From Vicugna vicugna (taxonomy: Eukaryota), in the NCBI GenBank assembly GCA_013265495.1, contig MU058198.1, forward strand, positions 942,419 through 1,006,418: a DNA stretch of 64,000 nucleotides, written 5' to 3'. Position 1 is the first letter of the stretch. The number at the start of each line of letters is the position of its first letter. The notes beneath the pieces are model-generated. The model worked only from the letters and a program-made list of their open reading frames with translations, had not been told where the DNA came from and did not search any database. Shown one piece after another: positions 24,906 through 37,046 of the stretch. Both the position numbers and the translations under genes were made by a program.

Positions 24906-26649
24906 GATGATGATAAAATGATTTACAGAGTGCTTACTTTGAACCAGGACTTGTGGTAAGTGCTTAACTGTAATAATAATTATATATTAATAATAATAAT
25001 AACTTAAATAATCCTTACAGTAACCCTATGAGGAACATACCATTATTAGTACTATTCCCCACTTTACAGATGGGGAAACTGAGGCACAGAGGAGTTAAAG
25101 CCTAAAGACATGCAGCTTCTAAGTAGCAAAGCCAAGACTCAGACTCTAGCAGTTCAGCTCCAGGCTTTGTACTCTTAATCTATTTACTACAGTTCCCCTA
25201 AAGATATTCACAGGTGAAAGACAGCACATCTGGAAGGCTCAGCCCAGGTTACCCATCACTGTGTTTCCACCTGTGGTTAACGACAGCCGTAGCTACCACG
25301 TGTCAAAGCACTTACTGCCTGCGAGGGTACACGCTCATCACCTTTCATCTTGCACCAACCCTCAGGGGCAGGCATTATCATCCTCACTTGGCAGTTGTGG
25401 AAATGCTCCCTTCTGCTGGGTGCCATGTGATTTCAGGCTTCATCTTCCTCACTTTGTCTCCCTTAACATCCACAGTGCCTTGTAGAAGGTAAAATTTTAA
25501 AAAAATATCTTTCAAATCTCAGTGTAGTTCTGTGCTGCTGCTTCCTCATCAGGCAGGCTCTCCCGTCCTCCTCCCTGCTCTCCTCCCCCAGGCATTCAGG
25601 CTCCTCTCTTTCTCCCTCACTGCCTTTGCATCGCACTGCCTTGTCCCAGCTGGCCCAATCAGTGTCCCCAACATCTACCTTGTTGGCTCTACCGACTTAC
25701 TGTCTGTGTTTTGAAAAGTGAGAAACATCTTGCTTACTTTAAAAAAGAGTGGGGAAGAGATGGAGTTTTAGGAACAGCTGGGACACCAATTTTCTCCACT
25801 GAGCACACAACATGAAGGATTGAGGTTAGTTAAAAGAACTTCCCAGCAGTAATGAGGGCACTGGATGCAACGGAAAGAGCAGGTGTTTGCTTGCTGGTTC
25901 GGCTGTGTGACTGTAGACGAGATGCTCCATGTCTCTGAATCCCGGTTTGCTCCTCTGTGAAATGCTTTCAGGGTGTGTGCAGGTCAGAGGGATGTGTAGA
26001 CAGTAAGCACAATAATATAGACATTTAGTATAAGAATAGATGAAATGTGGGGAAGACACTGAGTAAAAGTGCTTTTCTCAGTCCTGGCACTGCCCTACGC
26101 CACTTTAACATACATTATCTTACTTAATATACCCCACCAGTGTGGGGAGTAGGTACCAGGGTTACCCCATTTTATAGGTGGGAAAACTGATACAGAGAGT
26201 AAGAATTCTTCGATGACAGAGCTCTGCCTATACATGCCATTAGAACCCCTGGATCTCACACCAGACCAGTTAAATGAGACTCCCTGCGGCGGTTCCTAGA
26301 GGCAGGGCCACCTAGCCCTTCCCAAGCTCTTCCTCTCAGAGAGGCTGAAGGTTCTAAGAAACATCCTTGCTTTCCCCTAGTTACTGGCTCCCCTGTTGCC
26401 AAACACTCAGCCACTCCCTTCCCATCCCTCCTTCAGTCTCCGACCACCCCAGTGAGAATTTGGAATGGGGGGGGTGGGTCCACTGCCAGGAAAAGGGATT
26501 CAATTAAAATCTCAGTTTTCAACAATATTACCGAGCCCTGCGGTCTGTTACTTCACACCCAGCGTAGCTGCGCCTCCCAGTCCACCGGAGGCAGGGTAGG
26601 CGGCGAGGGTTTGCTAATTGCTGGGGGCTGGGGGCGGGGCGGGGAAGAC

Positions 26650-27005
26650 TGGTGAGCTCATTGGGAGCAGCCCCGCACTGAGCTAAGTGCTCTTCTCGGT
26701 GCGACTCGCACGCAGTCCCTTCTCCGGCTCGCTGGCAGGGCAGAGCAGCCCCCCTCCTCCTTACAACCGAATCAGCTTCATGAGAACCACAACCGCTGCG
26801 GCACGGCAGCAATCGATGCGCGGCGTGTCAGGCACGGAGCGGAGCGCTTAACCTGCACCATCATCTCCATCAACATCTTTACCAGGGGTAGCTCCTATAA
26901 TGCCCCTTTTAACAGATGTGGAAACTGAGGCACAGAGACATGAAACGTCCACAGATTAACACCCAGCTCTGCTTCGTTCTGCAGTCTACATTCTTAGTCA
27001 CTAGG
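26650..27005 (-). mobile_element. Two adjacent MIR fragments, partly GC/CpG-shifted
   Basis: gtgtcaggcacggagcggagcgcttaacctgca...tttaacagatgtggaaactgaggcacagaga; upstream gcactgagctaagtgctctt. Confidence 0.6.
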
Positions 27006-28739
27006 ACGTACTTGCCTAAACTCATGGTTTTAAGAAAATGACTTAAGGATTTCACAGTGTACCGCCTTGCAAGCCATTAACAAAGTTGTTATAGCCTGTG
27101 ATCTTCCTGCAAGCCTGGCCTCTCCAATCATTCTCCAGAATGTTTGGTCCTTCTCCATCCATCACAAGCCCTATTTATGAGCTCCTTGATCTCAGGGGCT
27201 GCACCTTAGGGGTCTCCGTGAGTCCCTTTGACACCTCCTTGGCCCTTGGCGCACAGTAGGTGGCCATAACTCTGAATGTGTGAACACATCAATGGCCTCC
27301 AAGTTCTAATCCCAGTCCCTCATGCTTATAAGTCTCCAAACCCTGGGCTCAGACTTGAAGTGCCCATGCCTGGCATACAATAGGTGCCAATACTATGGGT
27401 CAGGAAGGTCCTAGCTGGCATAGGAGTTAGGCTGTAAAAGTGTGAGGTACTTGACTCTCACACTGAGGTGTTTGAAGTTCTAAGCTTTCCCTCATTCTCC
27501 GCAACCTCATGTCCCTGCTGTGGACCCTTGAAGCCTCCCTCTGTCTTTATGTTTCTGTCCCTTAAGGTCAGAAGAAAAACCTGAGAGATCGGCGACTTCA
27601 GTCTGCAGAGGAGATGGGAGGGTGAAGGGTGGGAGTCTGATACACTCTGATATGATGGCTGAAGAAGGGGCCCCATCACTTCTCTGGCTCAGCAAGTGTC
27701 CCCAATCACCGACCTTCTCAAAAACACTCCCCAAAGGAGAGCTCTGGAGAGGCTCAGGAGGGCCAACGGGAGAGGTGGGAACTGGACCAAAATCAATTCC
27801 AGCTTGAGGTAATTACAGGGCACGTGCTGCTGCCCCAGAAGGATGAATCAGGCTAGCTTCTCTCCCAGGGCAGCCAGAGCGATTAGTTAGTAATAAAAGC
27901 CTCATCATTTGCTGGGGGAGAGGCTCAGCCTTGGCAAACTTCTGCTTTCTCGTATCTGTCAAATTTGGGAGGGGGGATTTACTTAAACAAACTTATCAGG
28001 AGTCCTGGCTACCAACTTGAGTGTTTTGGAAAGGAAATCTCAGCAACGCTGTCAGAAATCCAGCTCCCAAGTTCCCAGCATCCCAGGATGCTGAGTACAG
28101 CGGGGTAGATGATGCTACGATTCTAGGCTGTACGCTGGATTTTTTTTCTCCCTGTTTCTTCCTGTCCCTCTCTCTCATCTGCCTGCAAGTGATCTTTAGG
28201 AATCTTTCTGCTACAGAGTCTGTCTCAGGAACTGTCTGGAAGAAAGGTCCATATCAAGCTGGAGCCCCAAGAAACCCCTCCCCCTCTCTCACAGGCGACC
28301 CTGGTAAGCACCTCCAACCCGCTCCCAGCAGCTCAGCTCTCTTCAGGAATTCAGTACAAGTCTCAGCCACACTTTGAACAGAAGGCTAGGATGTGGGACC
28401 AGCCAGACGTCTGCAGCGCTGTTAGCTGCCGAGGGTGAGCGGAACAGGAGGCAAAGCCAAGGGGTGAGACATGTCCTCAAGGAGACTGTGACCCCCTGAG
28501 GTGGTGGCTTCAGCAGCCCGCGAGTGTCATTTTACCCTTGCCCTGTCCAGGGCATGGTCCCAAGGCATGGTCCCAGAGTCATCCTGACTCTTCTTAGCCG
28601 GCCTGGAGAAGCGTTCCTCGCTGAGTGGCAGCGGGGGTGGGGGTGGGGGGCTGTCATCCCTTGCTCCAGCCCAAGGGACACGGAGCAAGAGAGTGCAGCC
28701 AGCATCAGGCTCTCGGGCTTCATCTCAAGTCACGCAGCG

Positions 28740-30330
28740 ACAAGCTGAGGGTCAGAGGTGCCCCCAGTCTGAGTGGACGTAGGGGGCGACCGAAAAGAGG
28801 AGGCCCCCACGAAATCATGTCTCCGCACCTGCAGTCAAGTCACACACACAGCCCTCCCTGGACCGGCTCGCGGACGCCGCTGACTTCAGACGCGCACACG
28901 CCCAAATACACACGGACCCAGTCGAATCCCCGCGCCCGCACACCAGCCCCTCTCACATCCTGCCCATCGCCTGCCGCGCGCACTCGTGAGCCGCACACAA
29001 GCACGGTCCCTGCCAGGCCACCGCAACTTCCTTGCCCCCCAGTCTGGAAATGTCCGCAGTTGCCCTTAAGGCATAAACTTTTTCAGAGGGGGCGCCAGGG
29101 ATCTCTCGGAGAAGGTGGCTAGGCCCGGGGTTGGGGGCGGGGGCGGTTGGACAGGCTCGCCCCGCGCTGGGGGCTCGTGGCTTCCCTCCCCTCTCCCCCA
29201 CGCCCCTCACCTGGTAAACCGAGGCACAGCAAGAGGCTGTAGTAGACCACGGGCACGAAGCCCAGACCGCAGGCCGCGCCGGCGGACCAGGACAGCGAGC
29301 TGTTGGCTACGAGGTGGGCGTGCGTGTGCTCCATGAGCGCGCCCCTCGCTCCCCTTGTCGCGGCGCCCGGCCTGCCAGCCCCGCTCTGGACGCCGGCTTG
29401 GTGGCGGCGGCAGCCGAGGCAGCAGCTGGAGCAGCAGCGCCTCTCTCCCCACAGGACTTGCTTCTACCCTTGGCCGTGGTCCCCTCTGTTCCCTCCGCAC
29501 CTGCCCGCCTGGAGTCCCGGCTCAGCCCTCCCGCTGGGCGCTGGGCGCAGGGCGCAGGGCGCTGGGACTCGGGAGGGGCTCCCGGAGCCCGGTTGTGCGC
29601 CTCCCACCCCGGGCCGGCTCTGCTCCCGCCTCGGAGCCGGGGCTGGGACGCCGCTCCCCTCAGCCAATCAGCTACTGCCTGATCGCGGTGGAGGGCAGAG
29701 GGTGGGGAGATGCTCGGGAGGAAGCGGTCCCGGCTGCCTCTCTCCGCTCCAGTTTCTGGAGGAGATTAGAGTTAGACCTGGGAACCCCAGAGGGAGACAG
29801 TGGGAACAGACTACCCACGTCTCCACCCGCCGCGGGAGGGGCGTGGTGTGGGTGGGACCCGCTTCTCCCGCAAAGACTCCGTACTCCTCCAGCGTGTCCT
29901 CAGTTTGCCTTGCTCGACTTTCCTCCCAGCCACCTCTCTTTTCCCCTCGCCAGTGCTTCGAGAGTCCATCTCTATATAGAGGATTCTCCACCCAGGGCAG
30001 GGGGCGGGAGGAGGAGGCTGGAGGAGCAAGGATGCTGTAGGGTCATCAGCTCTCCTGGACCCGAGGAGCTGAGCCTGAAAGGAAGCGTGCGTGCCTCCGA
30101 GTGCCTGTGCCGACTCTGCGGGAGGCCCGAGGTGGGCTATCCCTGAGCTGAGTGCCTTTGAATGGGATGCAGGCAGGATAACAGAAGCCCTCCACAGGGA
30201 GCCTTTCTGCCAGGGATAGGGGTGTTGTGGCCACCGACACACTCACGCAGACACAATACCCAGTCATGCGGGCACACCTAAACTCACGCGGGCACGCGGA
30301 CGCCCTCTCTTCCCATGCCCAGACACGTGA
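28740..30330. promoter_or_regulatory. GPR139: CpG island / GPR139 promoter and 5'UTR
   Basis: Very high GC and CpG density around exon 1; CCAAT (cagccaatcag, about 29661-29671), GC boxes (ggggcgtgg about 29839, ggggcggg 30001), TATA-like ctatatag about 29972. Exact TSS not determinable. Confidence 0.85.
29211..29334 (-). CDS. GPR139: GPR139 (class A GPCR) coding exon 1; exon 2 lies outside the window to the left
   Basis: [41 protein letters not shown] matches the GPR139 N-terminus/TM1 start; 41 codons + 1 nt, then phase-1 donor CAG|GTGAGG at 29210. Confidence 0.96.
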
Positions 30331-32434
30331 AAGCTCAGGGGCACCCCATCAACATGCACAGAGACCACACTCATGTGCTCACAGGACGCACCAAACACGC
30401 ACACACAAACGCACATGCGAGTCAGCTGAGGGGTGGTCTAGAATTTGGAGGCTGTGTGAAGGATAAGAGAGATTAAGCAGGTGGGATTTGGCGGTCTTGG
30501 AGAGTTGGGGTGAATGGGCACCCCCTTCTTCTCAGGGTCGGCAGATGTAGAGTTCCCCATGCAGCTTTTCTGGGAGCCACGGCCAAACTGGGAAGGAAAA
30601 TAAGTCTGTCTGAGGCTCAAGACAGTGCGTGTGAGACTAAAGGATTCTGCAGAAATCCCGAGGAGAGGTGGGGCTGTAGCAGCTGCCAATGCAGGGGCAT
30701 TTGATGAGCTCAGAGAAGCCTAAGATTTCCCCATCTTCCCCCCCCCCCCCTCCCCAGCAGCGCCCCACCGTAACATCCATTTTAGGGGAGAGGGGACTGG
30801 TGGGCTTTCCCCAGCCTCTTCCAGGTCTCCCAAGATAGAGGGGACCCCTGCCCCTCATGCCCAGCAGGGGGTCTATGTCCAGTTCCCATCATTATTAGGG
30901 GCTCCCCCAGGCAGAGATAGGGGTGGGGCAGGGTAAACTCCATCGCGCTCAGGACCAGGAAGTCTGCATGAGGGAGGGATCTGCTGGGCCTGGCTGGGTC
31001 GGTGATGAACAGGGAGGCATATGGCCCCTAAAGGGACAGATTATTACTGAGTCACATGGGCCCATGCAGCCAGGTCTGATATCTCCAGCCAAGTTAGAGA
31101 TTGAAATTTTGCTGTGAACTCTTTCATTTTAAATGTGACTATCCCAAACAAAAACAAAACAACAAACAGAGCCATCATAGAGGATTGAAAAATAATTTTT
31201 AAGGAACCTATAGATTGGATTTGTCTGCAGACAACTAGACTGAGATGAGAAACAGGGGCTGGGGACAGGCAGGTGCATGCCATTTGACAAAGCTATTCAG
31301 TCTATTCAGAGGTCTTTTTACATTGTGAGCTATAGATAATACCTCAGGGCCTTTGCACTGGCTATTTCCTCTACCTGAAGTGCTCTTTCTCCAGAAAACC
31401 GCATTAACCTGCTTCTTCATCTTCTTCAGATTTTTGCTTCTGTGTCTTCTCTTGATTGATGCTTTCCCTGACAACCCTATTTAGAAGTAAAATCCTCACC
31501 AATTCCTATTCAAAATGCTCACTTCCTCTGCTCCCCACCCCTTTAATTTTTCTTCATAGACTTAGCACCATCAACATATACAATTTGTTTAGATAGTTTG
31601 TTTCTTGTGTGTTTCCCCTCTTAGAGGGGCAAGGCCTTTTATCTTTTTTCATAGTTCCATGATCAGCGTCTACACACTGCTTGCATTTTGCAGATTCTCA
31701 ACAAACACTGAAAGGGTGAAGGGTCCCAGCACCCACTGACCTAGGGCATGCAGGGCATGGGGATATGAGTTTATCTTTGTCTTTGTGGGCTAGAGAGTCA
31801 GACCATGGGATGCCCATAAGGTTGGGACAGGGCACAATCTCTGATTTAGCATATAATCATGATACATGACTGCTCCTCTAAAATGATTTGTGTGGTTTGA
31901 TTCTGTGGCTCTAGTTAGAGACTCTTAAATAAAACTAGAAATACTACTGGGCAGAGGAACTGGGCTGTATGGGGAATTTTGATGGATCTTATTTCTGAGT
32001 CTCCATTTCCCCATCTGTAAAATGGGTATAAAGAAAACCAGGTATGCCTCATTCCAGGGATGCTGGGTAGGGAGAGAGGGTGTGGAGCAGTGAAAATAGT
32101 GCAGACTGCGATTCTGGAGAATGGGGAATTGGACTGGGTTCTCTGCTGCTCTGTCGAGAACATTGGCACCTTGTTGAGGTCCAAGTTTCCCCAGAAATGG
32201 ATGGGTTGGATGAGAGGAACTTTAAGGTCATAGGTCAGGTCTTGGGTGTTCTTGATCTCAGGAGAGGAACTAGATGAGTCAACAAAAAAGGCTGTTTAAT
32301 TTTGCTCAGGCGCCAACCCACTTGACTGGTTCTGTAAGGCAGTGGCATGTGTGAGCTGACAACAGTGGTTGGTGAAATTCATGCACTTATTCATTCTTTA
32401 ACAGACTTTTACTGGACATTTAATGTGTGTTAAT

Positions 32435-32602
32435 CAGGATAGCCTGCATAATTGCAGAACCTGATGAAAAATGAAAACAGGAGGCCCCTTGTCCAAAAAT
32501 TAAGAATTTCAGGATGGCAACAGCAGGGCAGTAAACCCGGAGCCCTTCTGAGCGAGGGGCCTGTGTGACAGCGCAAGTCCTGCACCCATGAAGCTGCTTC
32601 TG
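32435..32602. mobile_element. MER45A-like hAT-Tip100 element
   Basis: cataattgcag...aaaaatgaaaac..ggccccttgtccaaaaattaagaatttcaggatggcaacagcag...cacccatgaagc. Confidence 0.75.
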
Positions 32603-33349
32603 CTTAGGCTATAGAAGTGGGTAATAAGAGTGAACATTTCTTGGTGATTTATTATGAGACAGTTATTCTTAACTCATTTAGTCTTCATTGTAACACAGGA
32701 AGGAAGGTACAGTTATTAACCCCATTTCACAGGTGAGAAAACCAAGGCCTAGAGAAGTTTAGTAATTTGTCCAAGGCCACTTGGCTAGGATTTGCCTGGG
32801 CCATCTGTCCAAGGCATTCTGGCTTCAGAGCCTGTGTTGTAACCACTGGAGGAGCTTAGTTTAGTGGAAAGACAGGTATTAACAGAAAACTGTCATATAA
32901 TATAATGTGGCTTCCAGGCAACACTAGGGCAAGGACTCCATCTATCTTGTCCTCTGTTGTATTTCCAGTACCAAGAATAGTGCCAGGTTAATAAATATTA
33001 AATGAATGAATAAATAAATATAGTAGAAATATACAGACATTGTTAGGGGAGTGGGTTGCAAACTCAGATGCTTATAAGCCCGGACAGGTAATAAACATGA
33101 GTGAGGCAAAGCTACTGTACATTCTTCACTTCCGCAAAGAGATAGGCTATTTCCTGTTTTCCAGGAAACACCTTGCCCTCTTGGTCTAGCTTCCATTTCT
33201 CCATCCTTTGATGGAGACAGTAGTCTGAAGTAATAATTCTTTAAGAAAATCAGTAGTGCAAATATTACATAAATTGCAACTAACACTTTACTCAGTGTTG
33301 GGAAGGCAATTGGGAGTGGTGGGAACTGCAATAACCTAGAAGTGTTTGC

Positions 33350-33990
33350 TGGCCACTGTAATGAGTTCTGGATATACAGTTGTTTTAAAAAGTTGGTCTC
33401 TGCTTTCCTGGATCTTTAAGTGCAAGAGATAGGCATGAATCAATCAATCCATCTGATACCATAAACACACACACACACACACACACATACATACTCATAA
33501 TTATAAATTTGGAGAAGTGCTTTAAAGAAAAAGTCAAAGGAATGAAAGAACATATACCAGTGATATCTGATGTGGTCTGGCAATCAGGGAAGTCTTCTCT
33601 GAGGAAGCAATATTTGGATCTGAGATGAGACGTGAAAGATGAATAATAGTTAACCAGAGAAGGGATGTGGGGCTAGCAGTGAGGGGAGCACCTTAGGGAG
33701 AAAAAAGAGCAAGTGCCAAGGTCCTGGGGTGGGAGTGAGAAGGGCTCTTTGATGAACCAGAGAACCAATGAGTGATTGGAGAATGGGAAGGGCCTTGTAG
33801 GTTGTGGTGAAGTTTGGTCTTTATCCCTGGTTTAAAGCAAAGGAGTGCCATGATTTGCATTTTAAAACATTTGCTTTGTCAGGGACATGGAGGATTGATA
33901 GAAGGGTGGCAAGAATGGAGGTGGGAAGACAAGTTATGAGGCTGTCAAGTTGGACATGTGAGAAATGATGTTGGATTGAGCTTGGTGATT
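33350..33990 (-). mobile_element. L2 fragment containing a (CA)n
   Basis: atcagggaagtcttctctgaggaag...tgccaaggtcctggggtggga...gggccttgtaggttgtggtgaagtttggtctttatcc...gatttgcattttaaaa. Confidence 0.7.
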
Positions 33991-34559
33991 TTGATGATGG
34001 AGTGGACTGTGTCCCAGGAGAATGAATCCATGAGAACAAGGGAGGGAGGAGAGAGTAGACAGAGAGGTGGGGGAGAGGGAGAGGGTTGGTGGGGGGCGTG
34101 TAGAGAGAGGCTGAGAGGAAAAGAAAAAGAGAGACTGAGAGGGAGAGATGGAGATGTGGAGGCAGACACACAGTGATTAGGACTGAGTTCTGGATGGGAG
34201 GGCTGGTAAAAGGGGGCTTGGAGCACCCTGTTCGCACCCTGCTGATCTGCCCTGTCCCTGTACTTCGGTTAAGAATGTTAACTTGTCCTCTGGTTTCTCC
34301 TTGCTTTTCCAGACTCCTCATCCTCGAAGCCTTTCTTAGCCTGCACGCCCCCTGCAATTCCCTGACAGTCCTTCTCTCCAATTACCACATGGCGTTGCTG
34401 CTCAAGGACCTGCAGTTCCTGGATTCAGATCACCCCATGGGCAGGGTAAATTTCCCTCCTCTTTGAATCCTTCATTACAGGGCATGCAGTGAGTCCTTCA
34501 ACCCGGACCTGAGTGTGAATCCCAGCTCAGCTCCCTACTGTGTATTTGTCTCTTTTTTA

Positions 34560-35078
34560 TTGAAATAAATAGAAAAAAAGCTCAAACTAGCTTAATTTTT
34601 AAAAAGGAATGTACTGGCTCTTGTAACTGAAAAGTATAGAAGTTGGCCGAACTTTAGGCCTGACGGGATCCAGGAGGAAAAATTTCCTGTTCCTTTCCAC
34701 CAATAGGCTTTGCTCTGGATTAACTTAATTCTCATGCAGGCTCATACAGCCTCATAAAAAGATGGGTACCAGCATCCCTGGATGTAACCTAACAGCTTAG
34801 TAACCTGGGCTAGAGGAGAATTCTGGCTCTCGCTGGACCCACCTGACTCATGTGCCCATCTCTACCAAACCCACCAGCTGGAGTTGGATTTCTGGAGCCA
34901 GCTGATCAGCCAGGTGGGGCTCATGGGTCCAGCAATGGAGCCAAGAGAAGGGGTCAGTTCTTTATAAATCACATGGATTGTGAGAAAGGGTAGACCATTT
35001 ATCCAAAGGAAACGTGGCATTCTCTGTCTGGAGGAATTGGAATAGACACTGGGGAGGTAAAACCAATATGTCTGCAAG
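34560..35078 (-). mobile_element. MaLR LTR (MLT1K-like)
   Basis: ctcaaactagcttaa...aaaggaatgtactggctcttgtaactgaaaag...tctggctc..ctggacccacctgactcatgtgccc. Confidence 0.6.
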
Positions 35079-35169
35079 TGGAATTCAGCCCATGGGATGC
35101 CCGTGTGCCAGTTCCCTGTTAGACCTAAGTCATAGGTTTTAGTTCATTTTTCATTATTTATTTAATTAA

Positions 35170-35520
35170 AAAAAACCAGACTGTTTTCTCAGCACTTTTA
35201 GGTTCAGAGCAAAATTGAGCAGAAGGTAGAGAGATTTCCCATATCTCCTCTGCCCTTCACCTGAGGAGCACCCCCACCCCCCACCCCCATCACCATCCCC
35301 CACCAGAGTGGTACATTTGTTACAATCAATGAATATGACGGTTATTGTCACCCAATTTTCATAGTTTACATTAAGGGGTCACTCTTGGTGTTGTACACTC
35401 TGTGGCTTTGGCCAAATGTATAATGACATGTACCCACCATTGTAGCATCATACAGAGTGTTTTCATTGCCCTAAAAATTCTCTGTGTTCCCCTTATTCAT
35501 TCCTCCCTTCCCTTTACCCC
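35170..35520 (-). mobile_element. L1 3' end (L1MC-like)
   Basis: ttttaggttcagagcaaaattgagcagaaggtagagagatttcccatat...gagtggtacatttgttacaatcaatgaa. Confidence 0.8.
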
Positions 35521-36534
35521 TATGTCTTATTTATTTTTTTTAATGTCAAAAGTATCTTGTGTATGAACCACAAACAAACACTGAACGCTGGTTAGTGACA
35601 CGTGTGCTGAAATTCTGGAATGAAGTGTACTGCTTCATGCCACTAACCGTGAATGAAATGCGTCCAAAAATGAAACGGGGTGCTGGCTAGAAAGGAGAAC
35701 GGAGAGACATGTGTGAAAGCTAGGAGATGTTAGTAGTTGAGTCTAGGTCATGAGTACATGAGTTTTCACTGTAAAACTCTTCCAATTTTTATGTATCCTT
35801 GAAAATTCTTACAGTAAAATACAGGAAAAAATACCTTGTGTGTAGAATGTCTCTTGGCCAAGCGGGTTGTTACAAGCTTCTGTTGAAACCAACAGCTCCT
35901 GAGGGGGTTGTAGTTCTTTAGACATTCACCCTCGGAGTTGGTGCAGAAGACCATTCCTTGCCTGCAGTTAGGCTGGCAGAATGTACCTGGCAGTTCCCCC
36001 TGATGCTCCCGGGTCTCTGCTGGCCTTGGACAGCTCTGCTAGTGCTCTTACCGGTTTGTCTATGTCTGCAGGCTCTTGTTTGCTTTCCAGTAAGAACTGA
36101 AGCACTGTGTCTCTCTGCTGTGTTGGTTTTATTCTGCAGGCTTGGCTTGTGGTCGAGGACGACTTGGTGAGCTGCTGAGGACGCATTCCAGCACTTCCAT
36201 GTTCGTTGATGGATGACTAGATAAAAAAAAATGTAGTACCTTCCGACAAAGAATGCACTAAGTTCTTGGATGTGCAAGTCTGATTTCACGTGGAATTTGG
36301 ATAAAGTCTTTTGTTGCTTGTCATTGACCTTTCAAGGTGGTCAGAGGCTGCCACAGAGCAGGAAGAGAAGATATCCACAATTGCATGTCTCTCTCTCCCC
36401 TACCAATTGAGAAGAAAGAGCCAGGGTCCAAGTCATAGTTGGCTAAATTTCATCAGGAGGTGAAGAGTGACTGTGCATGAGCTGAAGGAAACAGGGCTTT
36501 TGCCTGAGAGGAGGGGAGGTGAGGGTTAAGGGAG

Positions 36535-36740
36535 AGTGTGTGTGTGTGTGTGTGTGTGTGTGCGCATATGTGTTGGTGCTCATGTGTGTGTACGTGTACA
36601 TGTGCACATAGATTTGTACATGCATGCATATGTGCACATGCCTGTGTGTATGTACCTACACACGTGTATGTGTGTACATGTCTATCTGTGTGTATGTGTG
36701 CACACATGAGTGTATGGTTGTATACTGTGTGCGTGTGTTT
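36535..36740. repeat. (TG)n and degenerate TG/CA low-complexity tract
   Basis: Direct reading. Confidence 0.9.
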
Positions 36741-36879
36741 GGGGTAGGTTGAGGGAGGGTCTAATTGACCAGGATGCTGAAGCAGGAGGAGACAGTCCTT
36801 TCTCTCTGGTTCAGAGGGACCCATGAGACTCCTGAATACCTTTGCCTCTCCCTTTGCTCCTGTCACCTTCCCTGACAGA

Positions 36880-37046
36880 AGAGAGTTGGGGTAGAGAGGG
36901 AGGAGAGGGGGAGAACAGGAAGAGAGAGGAGGAGGGAGGGGAGGAGATGAGAAAAGGGGATGGGAGGATGGGAAGGAGGAGAGAAGGGAGGAGAGAGGCG
37001 ATGGAGGAAAGAGAGAAAGAAAGGAAGGAAGGAAGGAAGGAAGGAA
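36880..37046. repeat. Polypurine tract ending in (GGAA)n
   Basis: Direct reading. Confidence 0.9.

Larger units (their letters stand above)
1..29210 (-). other. GPR139: GPR139 intron 1 (continues beyond window start)
   Basis: Donor at 29210; no ORF encoding the expected continuation (ANILTVIILSQL...) appears in the ORF track for 1-29210; GPR139 is known as a two-coding-exon gene with a long intron. Confidence 0.85.

Noticed and set aside
29119..29210. Read-through of the GPR139 exon 1 ORF to a 71-aa product
   Set aside because: Similarity to GPR139 ends exactly at a consensus splice donor; the tail is intronic
29303..30146. 245-aa and 263-aa plus-strand ORFs
   Set aside because: Non-ATG starts, Pro/Gly/Arg-rich, no recognisable domain; expected from stop-codon scarcity in a CpG island
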